Assembly: GCA_964016885.1 (NCBI GenBank)
Contig: OZ024740.1
Location: 273,048,001 to 273,112,000 of the forward strand
Reading direction: 5' to 3'
Length of the DNA: 64,000 nucleotides
From: Eledone cirrhosa
Lineage: Eukaryota
Below are positions 1 to 12,638 of this stretch, in pieces. Under the pieces are notes generated by a model. That model was given only the letters and a program-made list of their open reading frames with translations, ran no database searches and had not been told where the DNA came from. The position numbers and the translations under genes are program-made. How positions within the stretch are numbered: the stretch's first letter is position 1; every line of letters starts with the position of its first letter.

Positions 1-55
1 TGATTCATCGAATGATTTTAAATAGATATACATTCTACATTGCGTGTATGTGTAT

Positions 56-57
<2 letters not shown>

Positions 58-135
<78 letters not shown>

Positions 136-145
136 TATATGCATA
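58..145. repeat. (TA)n microsatellite, representative of dozens of (TA)n/(CA)n/(GA)n/(TATG)n/(TAGA)n tracts across the window
   Basis: Directly visible; these tracts produce the [12 protein letters not shown] ORFs in the track. Confidence 0.99.
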
Positions 146-267
146 TATACGTGTGCAGGGGTGTAAGGTGTGTGGGGTGGTGGTTGTATGTATGTATAAC
201 GAGAGATAAATCCATAGATACGCATATATATATACATACATACAAACATACGCATATATGTACATTT

Positions 268-312
<45 letters not shown>

Positions 313-477
313 GATATATATGTGAGAGAAAGAGATAAATAAATAGATAGTTAGACAGATAGATAGATAAACGGACAGACAGATATATATATATATAGAT
401 ATATATATAGAGGGAGAGAGAGACAGAGAGAAACAGAGGGAGAGCAATCAAGAGACCATCTGAAATAGTAGACATAT

Positions 478-573
478 TTCTTCTTCTTCTTCTTCTTCTT
501 CTTCTTCTTCTTCTTCTTCTTCTTCTTCTTCTTCTTCTTCTTCTTCTTCTTCTTCTTCTTCTTCTTCTTCTTC
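478..573. repeat. (TTC)n microsatellite
   Basis: Perfect TTC run; explains the poly-Lys ORF 351..596. Confidence 0.99.
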
Positions 574-729
574 AGATTTCTATGACATAAAGACAAATGT
601 ATTTAAGTCTAATTTAACAACATAACACTTGTACTGAAATGTTATTTTATTTGAAAGCTGCTGAACAGAATATTTACAGACATTGAAATAACGACGTTAA
701 ATCGGAACAATACATACACACATACATGC

Positions 730-802
<73 letters not shown>

Positions 803-878
803 GGTGTGTATATGTATATACATATATATATATTTATATATATATATAATTATACATATATACACATAAATATATATG

Positions 879-912
<34 letters not shown>

Positions 913-973
913 CACACACACATATATATATATATATCATTTATATGTATGATGTATATATATATATATATAT

Positions 974-1013
<40 letters not shown>

Positions 1014-1014
1014 T

Positions 1015-1048
<34 letters not shown>

Positions 1049-1062
1049 CATACATATAAATG

Positions 1063-1094
<32 letters not shown>

Positions 1095-1544
1095 GGAGAG
1101 AGAGAGAGAGACAGAGAGAGATAGAGAGGGATAGATAGATAGATCGATATACAGATAGATAGATAGATAGATAGATAGATATATAGATAGATAGATAGAG
1201 AGTTAGAGTGATAGATAGAGGGAGGGCAAGGTGGTAAAATAAGCAAAAACAACGTATTAAAATAAAATGCACAAAAAGTGTGCATAACGAGAAAAAATAA
1301 GGCGGGGAAATAAAACAGAAATATATAAGACAATGAAGAATAGATTAACAATACGAGCGAGACATTACTAAGAATAGTATGTTAGTAGATAATAAGAGAT
1401 TTTGTTTGTATTATTTGATGTGTATGTCGTATGGAGGATGTAGTGAAAGAATGATGTTGATTAGATTTGATGACCGTCTCACAGATGGCTATGTAACTTT
1501 TGATCTATTTATCTCATGTTATCTACACGCTCTCATTATACATT

Positions 1545-1580
<36 letters not shown>

Positions 1581-1908
1581 CTTTCTCTCTCCTCTTTCTC
1601 TCTCTCTCTCTCTCTCCCTCTCTCTCTCTCTATCTCTATTCTGTCCTCTTTCTCTCTCTCTCTCTATCTCTCTCTATGCTCTTTCTTTCTGTCTCTCACT
1701 CTCTTCTCTGTTTCTCGCTCTATCCTCTTTCTCCCTCTCTCTCTATCCTCTTTCTCTCGCTCCCTGTCTGTCTCTGTCTCTACCTGCCTGCCTCTCGCTC
1801 TGTTTCTTACATTTCCCCTTTAATCTTCCTCTCCCCACTCCCCCCCCCACACACGCACATACACATACGAGCACACACACACAAGCTCACACGCACATAC
1901 ACACACAA

Positions 1909-1944
<36 letters not shown>

Positions 1945-1987
1945 AAAAACGAAAAACCAGTGATGCATCTAGACTCAGTTTATTATG

Positions 1988-2135
1988 TATATTAGTAAAA
2001 GTAGAGGATCGAACGGGAGCCCGCAGGTCGAGCATCTACCTTTACTAATATAACCACTCTATATCATACCATATATTGAGTACTTCTTTGATGAGTGGTC
2101 TTTCCGGTCTCGTCTCGGTACCACAGATTATCTAA
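1988..2135 (+). mobile_element. Diverged fold-back mini-element related to the 23.7-24.2 kb family
   Basis: Inverted arms tatattagtaaaagtaga/tctacctttactaatata (1988-2052), then ccactcta...tattgagtactt...tggtc...taccaca, matching the body at 23.8 kb. Confidence 0.5.
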
Positions 2136-2166
<31 letters not shown>

Positions 2167-2214
2167 AATATACAATATATTAATAAATGGAAACTATATT
2201 TATAAAACCATATT

Positions 2215-2280
2215 TATTTTATTATACATATTTCAAGGGCAACCAAGGCAAATTATGGTGCGCTTTCATCAGATAAAATA
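2215..2280 (-). ncRNA. Type I hammerhead ribozyme (Penelope pLTR type)
   Basis: Minus strand reads tattttat-CTGATGA-aagcgcacca..tggttgccctt-GAAA-tatgtat-A-ataaaata: 8-bp stem I, imperfect stem II, minimal stem III, AUA cleavage triplet. Confidence 0.75.
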
Positions 2281-2318
2281 CAGATCTGTTTTATAAATAA
2301 ATATTGACATACCCGGAA

Positions 2319-2377
2319 AAAAGACAACCTTAACGGTTGGAGCTTCCAGGAAGCTCCAACCGTTAAGGTTGTCTTTT
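2319..2377. repeat. Perfect inverted repeat with 29-bp arms at the 5' end of the hammerhead-bearing remnant
   Basis: aaaagacaaccttaacggttggagcttcc-a-ggaagctccaaccgttaaggttgtctttt, abutting (TA)n. Confidence 0.95.
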
Positions 2378-2500
2378 ATATATATGCATATATATATATA
2401 TGCATATATATACATAAATATATATATATATACATAAATATATATATATACATAAATATATAAATGAGAGACAGAGAGCGGGTGATGAAAAGAAAGAAAG

Positions 2501-2705
<205 letters not shown>

Positions 2706-2710
2706 GCATT

Positions 2711-3610
2711 GGCTGTGTAATTGCTAGTTAAGTTAAGCTTAAAAATGGAGTGAGAAAGCTGAGTTGTCTACTGGGGGTCTGGGATATTTCAACGCTTTAA
2801 AGACAATATATCTACCCCCAGAGCGTTCAATAACTGGGTAAGTTATTGGAAAAACGATGGAGGGAGGCAAGGGAAATAGAAGGGAAAAGGGAAGAAAGGA
2901 AAAAACAGCGAAAAAACCCCCCAAAACCAGGGAACGTGCGAGCAACTTAAGGTAAGAAAATCCAAGACCACAGCGGTAACAGATCTTAAGTTCGAGAGCG
3001 TGTGGGCGAACGAAAAGACACGACTGACCCCAGCGAGTGAAAGTGAGAAAAGGACTGCTATAAGGTCAGGTGAGGGAAACAATGAGGTGGCAGGAAGAGA
3101 GAGGGAGAGTGAAAGTGAGAGGGTGAAAGGGAGAAGAAGAAAGAGGAGGAAGAGTAGATAGTAACGAAATAAGTAGGTAGAAGGAGAAAGAAGACAGGTT
3201 ACAGAGAAACATGATAAAATATATGGAGAATAGAGTGGCTCTGTAGTTGGTAGTTAAGGTAGGCTTAAAAAATGGAATGAGAATAAGAAGAAAGCAAGAG
3301 CGGGGAGAGGGGGGTCATCATCAGTTGTCTAATGGGGGTTTCGGATATTTCAACGCTTTAAAGGCTACCTCCACAGCGTTCAATAACTGGGTAAGTTATT
3401 GGGAAAACGAAGGAGGGAGGGAAGGAAAATAGAATGGAAGAGGGAAAAAGAGAAGAAAGGAGAAAACAGAGAAAAGAAAGAAAAAAAGCAGGGAATGTGC
3501 GAGCAATTTAATGTAAGAAAATCGAAAACCACAGCGGTAACAGAACTTAAGTTCGAGAGCGTGTGGGTGAACAAAAAGATACGACTGGCCCCAGCGAGTG
3601 TAAGTGACAA
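2711..3610. repeat. Two diverged direct copies (~2711-3110 and ~3237-3610) of an unidentified repeat
   Basis: Shared blocks ggatatttcaacgctttaaag, cgttcaataactgggtaagttattgg, accacagcggtaacaga.cttaagttcgagagcgtgtggg. Confidence 0.85.
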
Positions 3611-4074
3611 CACACGATTTCATATCTAAAACCTTGAAATAAGAATTCGCCGCCGCATATATATGTGTGTGTGTGTGTGTGTGTGTATGTGTGTATATAT
3701 ATATATATGTATGCATATATATTTACTTTCGGATGATCATGTTGCCAATAAAATCACACGCACCTGTTTGTTTTCACGTCAATTTATTATAAATTTCCGG
3801 TTTGGATCGTTACCGGAAGATTGTATATATATTGTCAAAGCTCTTTCGTCACACATTCTGTGAACTCCTCAATGACTAGGTTTTTATTTTGTGTGTCTCT
3901 CCTTTGTTCTGTCCTACACCATCTTGTGTGTGTGTGTTTGTGTGTGTGTGTGTGCGTGTGAGTGTATGTTTATGTGCGTTTGCATGTGTGTATGTATCCA
4001 TATATGTATGAAGTTCATAGAAAAATGGGAAACTCAAACCCGAGAAATAGGTGTTAGAACAGCTGAATAACGTT

Positions 4075-4250
4075 AATAATTGTTTCTAATTTTGGCACAA
4101 GGTCAGCAATTACCCAGTGTATTATTTTATCGACCCCGTAAGGATGAAAGGCAAAGTTAACCTCGGTGGGATTTGAACTCAGAATGGCAAAGGCCGTAAC
4201 TTTATGCGTCAAAGCATGGTGTCCAACCCTCTACCGATACTGCCAATCCA
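4075..4250 (-). mobile_element. tRNA-derived SINE, family A
   Basis: A box TGGCAGTATCGG, B box GTTCAAATCC, core gcctttcatccttacggggtcgataaaat, tail ccttgtgccaaaattagaaacaattatt. Confidence 0.9.
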
Positions 4251-5054
4251 AACAACATGTTCGATGCTGTTATTATTAACGTTAAAATACCTCTACGAAC
4301 TGAAAATAGTAGTCAATGGCAGCTACGGAAAAACAGAAAGTTATAAGGTCGTATGCGAGAAAACCATCGATGGTTAAGACAGGCATGTGTTGATATATAG
4401 AAGCGATAAGAAAAGGAGCAGACAACGAAAACAAGTTGGGATTACAATTATAAAAGTTACAACATGAATACACAGAGATATTGCAAACTCAACAGCTCTC
4501 ATATTACCATGTAATGTTGCACGAGGAAGAGAAAACTACATATTTTGTTTTATTTCGGACAGCAGGAAATAAACGTTTCAGTCGGTATGATGCGTGTGTT
4601 ATAGGATTACAACCACCCTAAAATTAAACCTTTCCGTTAATCCTAGCACCGCAATACTAATCGGACGCCAATTAAATTTTTCTTGCTCCTTGATTCGGAG
4701 GAATTCCATTTCTGCCGTTTATATTCATGATAGTGCCCAACATTCTTGTCCGTTGGTAAGTGTTGGCATTTACTGAATTGAAGATAGCGAGTTTGGCTGT
4801 CACACCTATCTCCGTTCTTCTGATGTCCGAATGCTGCATTTTTTCTTTTAATTCAGCCTCCTGCCTACTCTTACTCGTGAACACAGCCATGAGATACTCG
4901 GACGTCTCCATCTGTTTCAGTGAAACACCACTGCACATGCTTCCATGAGAGACGGAGTGAGTTAATTGCATATCGGATCTTCACTTGACGAAAAGGTGAT
5001 CCATTGAAAGCAGCATCCAATGCACGCTGGTAAACTGGTTCATTCCTGACACAG

Positions 5055-5325
5055 ATATATGCCAGCGAGCATACGTGATATATCGCATTCAATGCGACAC
5101 ATGAAGGGAATTTTACATTGGTACTACCGTTAGACTTCTTCAAACGTACACTAAAGAACATCTCAACACACGTGCAACATCCTTCAGGAAGTACTCAGTC
5201 AAATGCAAAAATTTCAACAAAGGCGTAACAGGTACTATTGAAATTAGGGATAGGAATACAGGCAACATTATTATCACAGAAAGAATACTAATATCTAAGC
5301 TTATACCACAAATAATCAACTGATT
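5055..5325 (+). pseudogene. Degenerate GIY-YIG endonuclease fragment of a Penelope-like element
   Basis: Hand translation across a frameshift: CQRAYVIYRIQCDT...YIGTTVRLLQTYTKEHL...ITERILISKLIPQIIN. Confidence 0.65.
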
Positions 5326-6210
5326 AGAACGTAGCACGCAATTTATAACGTAAGAGCGCACGCACGTAACGTTTGAAATAATAACGCACTCATGCATAAT
5401 ACTCAAACAGACAATTGCACACATCATTTGAGATAAACAAGCACGGACAGACAACCCAAACATATAACTTAATGAAGAATAACAATGGTCAACAGAGAGA
5501 CACCCCACAGGCAAATGAAAGATAGAAAAGATTGAACGCGGAGAAGAACAAGAAACAGTGTGTTGGCGAATATAAGTGACTGCTTTCTGTCTTCTGAAGG
5601 CACTTTTGCATATCGCTGTCTTTGACAGGATTTAGCTGTATTAAATTTTTATATGTATTCAAAAACATTCTCGCTTCGGATCAATGACACACAACATTGT
5701 TTTTCCATTTAAATTTATCATAGCATTGATTACCTATCTGTGTAGGACAGACACCACAGCGTGAGGTCCACTAAGCCATTATTTCCTTTTCTTTGTTTTC
5801 TTTCGTCATTCTATGTGCTGTTTGTTTTATTACACACACATCATACCAGGTGAAACATTTATTTTTCTGTTGCACGATTGAGCATTTTAAAATGGTACTC
5901 TCAACTAAATCGTGCGAAACCATTTTGCAGGTATGAGAGCTGATGAACGTGAAGATGTATGTGTGTGTAAACTTGTCGTCTGCATCGCCTTTCTTTATGT
6001 CCTTCTTCCAGTCACCATTATGCGCCAACACACTTCTCTTTGTCCTCCTCCTCTTTCAATATTTTCTATATTTCATCTGCCTGTCACTTAGCATGTCGAT
6101 TGTCGCTCTGTTAGCCACTGGCATTTGGCCTCTGTCCTCTGAGGCATTTTGACCTATCGCTCTCTTTGACTGCATTTAGTTGTTTTAGCGGCTGTTCTAG
6201 CGATGAGTTT

Positions 6211-6284
<74 letters not shown>

Positions 6285-6488
6285 AGTGTAAGTTTCTACA
6301 CAAAACGAAGGGTATAGAGAAAATTGAGGTTGGTAATGGCACATGGAATATATAAGAGACAGAATATTTTTTTGTGAAAAAACATATAATTTTATTCTTT
6401 CCTTACCTTATAAAATTATATGTTTTTCCACAAAATAATATTCTGTCTCTTATATATTCCATGTGCCATTACCAACCTCAATTTTCTC

Positions 6489-6566
<78 letters not shown>

Positions 6567-7175
6567 TTCGGATTATGAGAGTCACAGTTGTTAAATGAAG
6601 AGAAACAGCCTGTCAATGTAATCAACATGTATGTGGTTGGGCATTCCACAGATGTGTGGGCTCTTCATGTAATTCTCATGGAGATACAATACGACAACAA
6701 GCAGGAAAAGCTAGACCTTTGAATAATAGGTACGGTCCATTCGACGGGATTCCAATTAGTTAGCATCGACCCAATTGTATTCAAAATGTATGGACTGACC
6801 AAAGGTTACGGGAAATGATGGTTACCCAAGATGCAAAACAGTGGCATCAAATTTGTGACCTAATTATTGCACAGCAACTTCTTAACCATTCTGTTATGTT
6901 AGTACATCCACTGACACACTAATTTAATCCTTTTCAGATAGACGCGTTCAATCACCTTATTGTAAAACAAGATCATCTCACACAAAACGCCAGCATCAGG
7001 AGAATGACAACGGATGCCGATGCCAATAGACCAGGCTGTTTCCAGAAATTTATTTTCGTTTTTACCATTGCACAATCTCCCCTACATTTCTATTTGTTCG
7101 TTAATTTCTCATTCTATTTGCTGATGAAGGACTAGTGTCCGAAGAGCCTTTTCCTACTATATCAATAATAAGAAA

Positions 7176-7281
7176 ATAATTGTTTCTACGTTTGGCACAA
7201 GGCCAGCAATTATCCAGCACATTACTGGTACATTATTTTATCGACCCCGTAAGGATGAAAGGCAAAGTTAACCTCGGCGGG
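7176..7281 (-). mobile_element. SINE family A, 5'-truncated
   Basis: Tail and core present, no head. Confidence 0.85.
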
Positions 7282-7446
7282 AAAGAAAATAATAATATAA
7301 GTCTTGACTATGAGCTTTGCTTTGTTATTTTTATTTGGCTTTTGCATAAATATAGTTATATAAATATATATATATATGTACATAGACAAACATGCATACA
7401 TCCATAATATACGTATATATGTAGTGTATATGTATGTATGTATGGT

Positions 7447-7502
7447 GAACATGTATCCCAGTACAACCTGTCCCATGGTCGGGTCGTTGGCGACTAAACT
7501 GG
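7447..7502 (+). ncRNA. Degenerate HDV-like ribozyme, probably the 5' end of a LINE remnant
   Basis: P1 gaacatg/catggtc (one mismatch), P2 ccagt/actgg, GG then P4 tcg-ttgg-cga, J4/2 CTAA; the P3/L3 segment is short and imperfect. Confidence 0.45.
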
Positions 7503-8076
7503 CAACCCCACCAAGGTTTCTTAGTGAGGAGGGTGACTTTGGACATCCTGCAGGACTAAAAACAAAACCTGTCAAAGGGCAAAGGAGCTCTTAAGAGTCA
7601 ATGACCATCCAAAATCACCGGGAGAGATGACCCCTTAGCCTTTGTCAAGGCCGAGGTCTAGGAGAAGGAAAACGCTGATATAACACCTGCAACTCTGATG
7701 GTATCGAATGATGTTAACTTGTTCTTCTTTTTTGGTAAATCTCATCTTGGTTAAGAGAGTGGGACTGGTTTTATACAGTGCCTTTGCTCACTATAAAAGC
7801 TTCACGGCACAGGCATTGCTTTATATCTGGAGATATCTCTGCACTTGTCATCACAGGGTAGAATGGGCCCAGCACTATGTGTCAGCAATTGTCACAAGTG
7901 AAATGTTTGTACCAGAGTTTTCAAGTCACTGGCTGGACTAAAAAGTCACACTCGTTCAGCGCATCGGCAGCCACCATGTATGTATGTATGTATGTATGTA
8001 TGTATGTATGTATGTATGTATGTATGTATGTATGTCTGTATGTATGTATGTATGTATGTATGTATATATATGTATA

Positions 8077-8166
<90 letters not shown>

Positions 8167-8220
8167 TGTGTGTGTCTGTGTGTGTGTGTATGTGTTTGTG
8201 TGTGTGTGTGTGTGTGTGCC

Positions 8221-8261
<41 letters not shown>

Positions 8262-8554
8262 GTGTGTGCGTGTATATAACTATTCAAATATCTATTTCCC
8301 TATATATAGACGTTAGAAAAATTGAATAAGCCTTCATTGTTTAAACATATTATTCATCAATACTTATTCAGTTTACAACTACAATGGTAGTGTTAAAACG
8401 TTACATACATATACATACACACATGCACACCTATTCTTGCATGCTCACACATGGGCACACACACACATACATACCCACGCACGCGCGCACACACACGCAT
8501 ATATATATAAATATGTACATATCTATATATACATGCACATATATATATAAATAA

Positions 8555-8625
<71 letters not shown>

Positions 8626-8630
8626 CACAC

Positions 8631-8782
<152 letters not shown>

Positions 8783-8854
8783 TATATATATAAATATATG
8801 TGTGTGTGTGTCTGTATATACATATGTACATATACATATATATATATAAATATG

Positions 8855-8895
<41 letters not shown>

Positions 8896-9124
8896 GTGTA
8901 TATATACATATGTATATACTGACACCCACTCACCCACACACACACAAATATATATATACTATATACATGTATGTATATATATATATATATATATACATAT
9001 AAATATATATTACAGACACACACACGTATATATATATATATATATACATACTTATATATATATATGTATTTATGTGTGCGTGTGTGTATATTGGTGAGAG
9101 TGTATGTGTGTGTGTATGTGTGCG

Positions 9125-9204
<80 letters not shown>

Positions 9205-9609
9205 TGTGTGTGCGTGTGTGCGAGCGTTTGTATTAACGTGTGAAAAGAAAAATAACGAAGAAAAAAAAAGCCTCCCGTCTTTGCTTTAATCCAATGAAAT
9301 TTGCAGATCTATCTTGGTGAAAATTTCTAAGATGGATGGTTTAAATTAGAAATTCATTCGTCTCCTAGTGAACGTTAGATTCAATATTTTATTAAAACAA
9401 GTTGTTTGTTTCCAGCAAACACATACTTAGGCAGATGGACACATAATACACATATACATAGGCAAGCATACATAATCAAATACACGTACGGAAACAGCAT
9501 AAATACACATAGATACACCTTAAATCATACACAGAAAGATGCACACATACAGAGAGATATAAACACAAGCTACAAACACAAATCTGGATAAACACATATA
9601 AATAGAGAC

Positions 9610-9644
<35 letters not shown>

Positions 9645-10329
9645 TACAATCAAATGCACACAGATATATACATATGTACAGAAACACACATATACAAGCG
9701 AAATCATGTACATAGAAACACCATAGATGCATACGTAATACCTCGCCAACAGTCACATATACACACTCAAACACATTCATATAAAACATCATAGTCATAC
9801 GCATACACATAGACAAAGACGTACAGATAGAAATATTAAAGACGTATGTGAAGAAACACATACTCTGAAACAGACAAATACACATATACACATATCCAGA
9901 CAGAAGACCATTCACATTGATACAGACTTTCAAGTCGTATGAAGACACATACACACAGAAAAATATACACAGAGAAACATACACATATACTCAAGTATGC
10001 ATAGCATACATAAAAAAATGACGCCACAGAAAATTAAGCATAGCCTATATACAAGTTCATGTATCAAGGCTATGGTTTGAGGTGAAACAAGTTAGACTCG
10101 GCAGTCGATATGAATTTATAAGACTATATAATGAGAATTTTTACAATTCACGAAGACGTGTATGTATGTGCGAATGCGACAATCTCTTTATGTATGTATT
10201 TATGTATATATGTATGTATGCACGTGTGTATGTGTATATACATACATACATACATGCATACATACACACGAGCATACATACATATATACACACGTACATA
10301 TAATCATACACAGACAATCCCCCCCTCCC

Positions 10330-10363
<34 letters not shown>

Positions 10364-10411
10364 GAAAGGTATAGAAAACAGTGTAGCAAAACGCCACCAG
10401 TATTCCATAAT

Positions 10412-10473
<62 letters not shown>

Positions 10474-10550
10474 TTATATATATATATGTATATATAGAGA
10501 GAGATGGATAGATAGATACATACATATATATACATGTATATATGTATATA

Positions 10551-10600
<50 letters not shown>

Positions 10601-10647
10601 CATACGCATATATTACATATAAGTACGTGCGTTTGTATTAGGTGTGA

Positions 10648-10692
<45 letters not shown>

Positions 10693-10892
10693 TAGATAGA
10701 TAAATACGTACTTATAATAGTTATATGGATATATAGATATATACATACATATATGAGTACGTGTGTTTGTATTAGGTGTGATTCATATTTTCATGACTTT
10801 CAATACACGGTGAATATTTGGAAACACCCAAATCATTGCCTTGTATTGAACATCATGATGAAATAATTCATTGTAAAATACGTTTATTGTAT

Positions 10893-12618
10893 ATGTATAG
10901 CATCTTCACCAATATTCAAAGGAAGAAAAGGGAAGTTAAACTCACAGCTTCCCCCTGCCACTGGCACAGCAGCAGATGCCAAAGGCAGAGGGCAGCCAGA
11001 GGACGAACTTTCTCCACCTGCTGACCGACAACTTGATATAGCCACAACTATACAAGAAACTGAAAACAACAACAAAAACAACAACAACAGCAACAATAAA
11101 GACAACAAAAACAACAACAACACCAACAACAATGATAACAACAACACCACCAACAACAACAGCGACACGAACAAGGAAAAGGTCTCCTTCGCCCAGACTG
11201 CAAGGAAAACCCTCGACTATTTGCCAGTAGATATAAGCAAAACTAAGGTGCTACTGGCAGATGTCAAAAAATACATAGTGTACGGTGAAAATGGATCATT
11301 TTCGATCCACTCGCCCCCGGAATAAACAGCCAGAGACTCCTAAACACTGTCATGTTTAGGACAGTCTCAAACAAAACAAACAAACCAGCTCAACCATCAC
11401 AGCGTGAGGTAGAGCTGGTTTTAAAAGATGTAATGAAAGACATCATATTCATTCAGAAGGATAGACTCTACGGGAGTCTATCCATTCTCATGAAGGACAG
11501 GGACACGGCAGCGAAACTGTCTATAAAACCAATCACATCCACCGCATACACCTTCTACCCTACGTACATGGGTAGAAGGACACAACAAATAAAAATTCAC
11601 ACCATCCTTCCGATTATAGTCATATGGTGGGTATTAACAGGTTTCCTGGACCTAGACGACGACACATTAATATCAATGGGTGACGCGTCCAGTGGAACGG
11701 GCCTCGAACTTGTAGTTCAAATGGGGCCCAAAAGGATCGCCCAGATCCGTGAACGCGTCATACTGGATGATCAAACTTTTATTAACATTACCGTTGAGGG
11801 TAGGCGGCCCTCGTGTTATCTCTGTGGAGCCAGAGGTCTCCTGGGGGCTGTCTGTCTTCAACTTAAAAAGAAAACCCCAATCCTGCCTACACCACCAACA
11901 ACTGCACAACCAACACAATCCCCACAACCACCACTACAAAAACAACCACAGCTCAAACCAATACAAAACAACCCCCCTCCCCCACTAAAAAACAACAACT
12001 CCCAAAACACCCGCAGCGTATACACAACCCGAAAATCTACCCCTCCTCTCCAACACGGAAGATGTCCCTCGTTTGTCGTCAGACGAGAGGAGCACTTTCA
12101 CACAATCAAAAGAAAAAGAAGAAAACACACCCCAGACACACAAATGAAAACAACCCCTCCCCAAAACATGACACAGACACCAACACAAAAGAGCACATAA
12201 CAACAGCAAACAAAAAGCACCACACAAAAACAAAAACATGCATACACATACATAAATACAAGAAATAAAAAAACTGCTAAACATTGTATACAACAACAAT
12301 TTAGTGAAAACCCAAGGGCCTAACTTCACCCAGGCAGGTTATTTCCCCCACCTCAAAATGATTAAGGTCCCAGAGGACACATATAAAAAGCTAAAAAACA
12401 ACTTTAAAGAGGACGTGCCCCCATGCGTCGGGCCCATTAACCGCGTCCTCCTAAAATTTTGCCCCACCCCCTCCCCAAACACACAATCAACTCCAAACAC
12501 CCCAACCACACAACGCACTGATGCCCCTACACTTCCACAAACCACCACCCCACCCAACAACCCATCCTCCACCCTCATGGAAATTGTGCAGCCCGATACC
12601 CGGGACGCAGAGAGGTAA
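10893..12618 (+). pseudogene. LINE ORF1 (gag-like), disrupted
   Basis: Asn-rich N-terminus, SFAQT motif, VEGRRPSCYLCGARGLLGAVC degenerate knuckle, C-terminal YKKLKNNFKEDV. Confidence 0.8.
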
Positions 12619-12638
12619 GTGCCTTTTCTCTTCACCAC

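Noticed and set aside
7121-7145. CTGATGAAGGACTAGTGTCCGAA hammerhead-like core (similar partial cores at ~23409, ~60535 minus, ~63910)
   Set aside because: Stem III or GAAAC is missing; at most decayed remnants.
9420-10050. 154-aa minus-strand ORF in CA-rich DNA
   Set aside because: Decayed microsatellite composition with no domain motifs.
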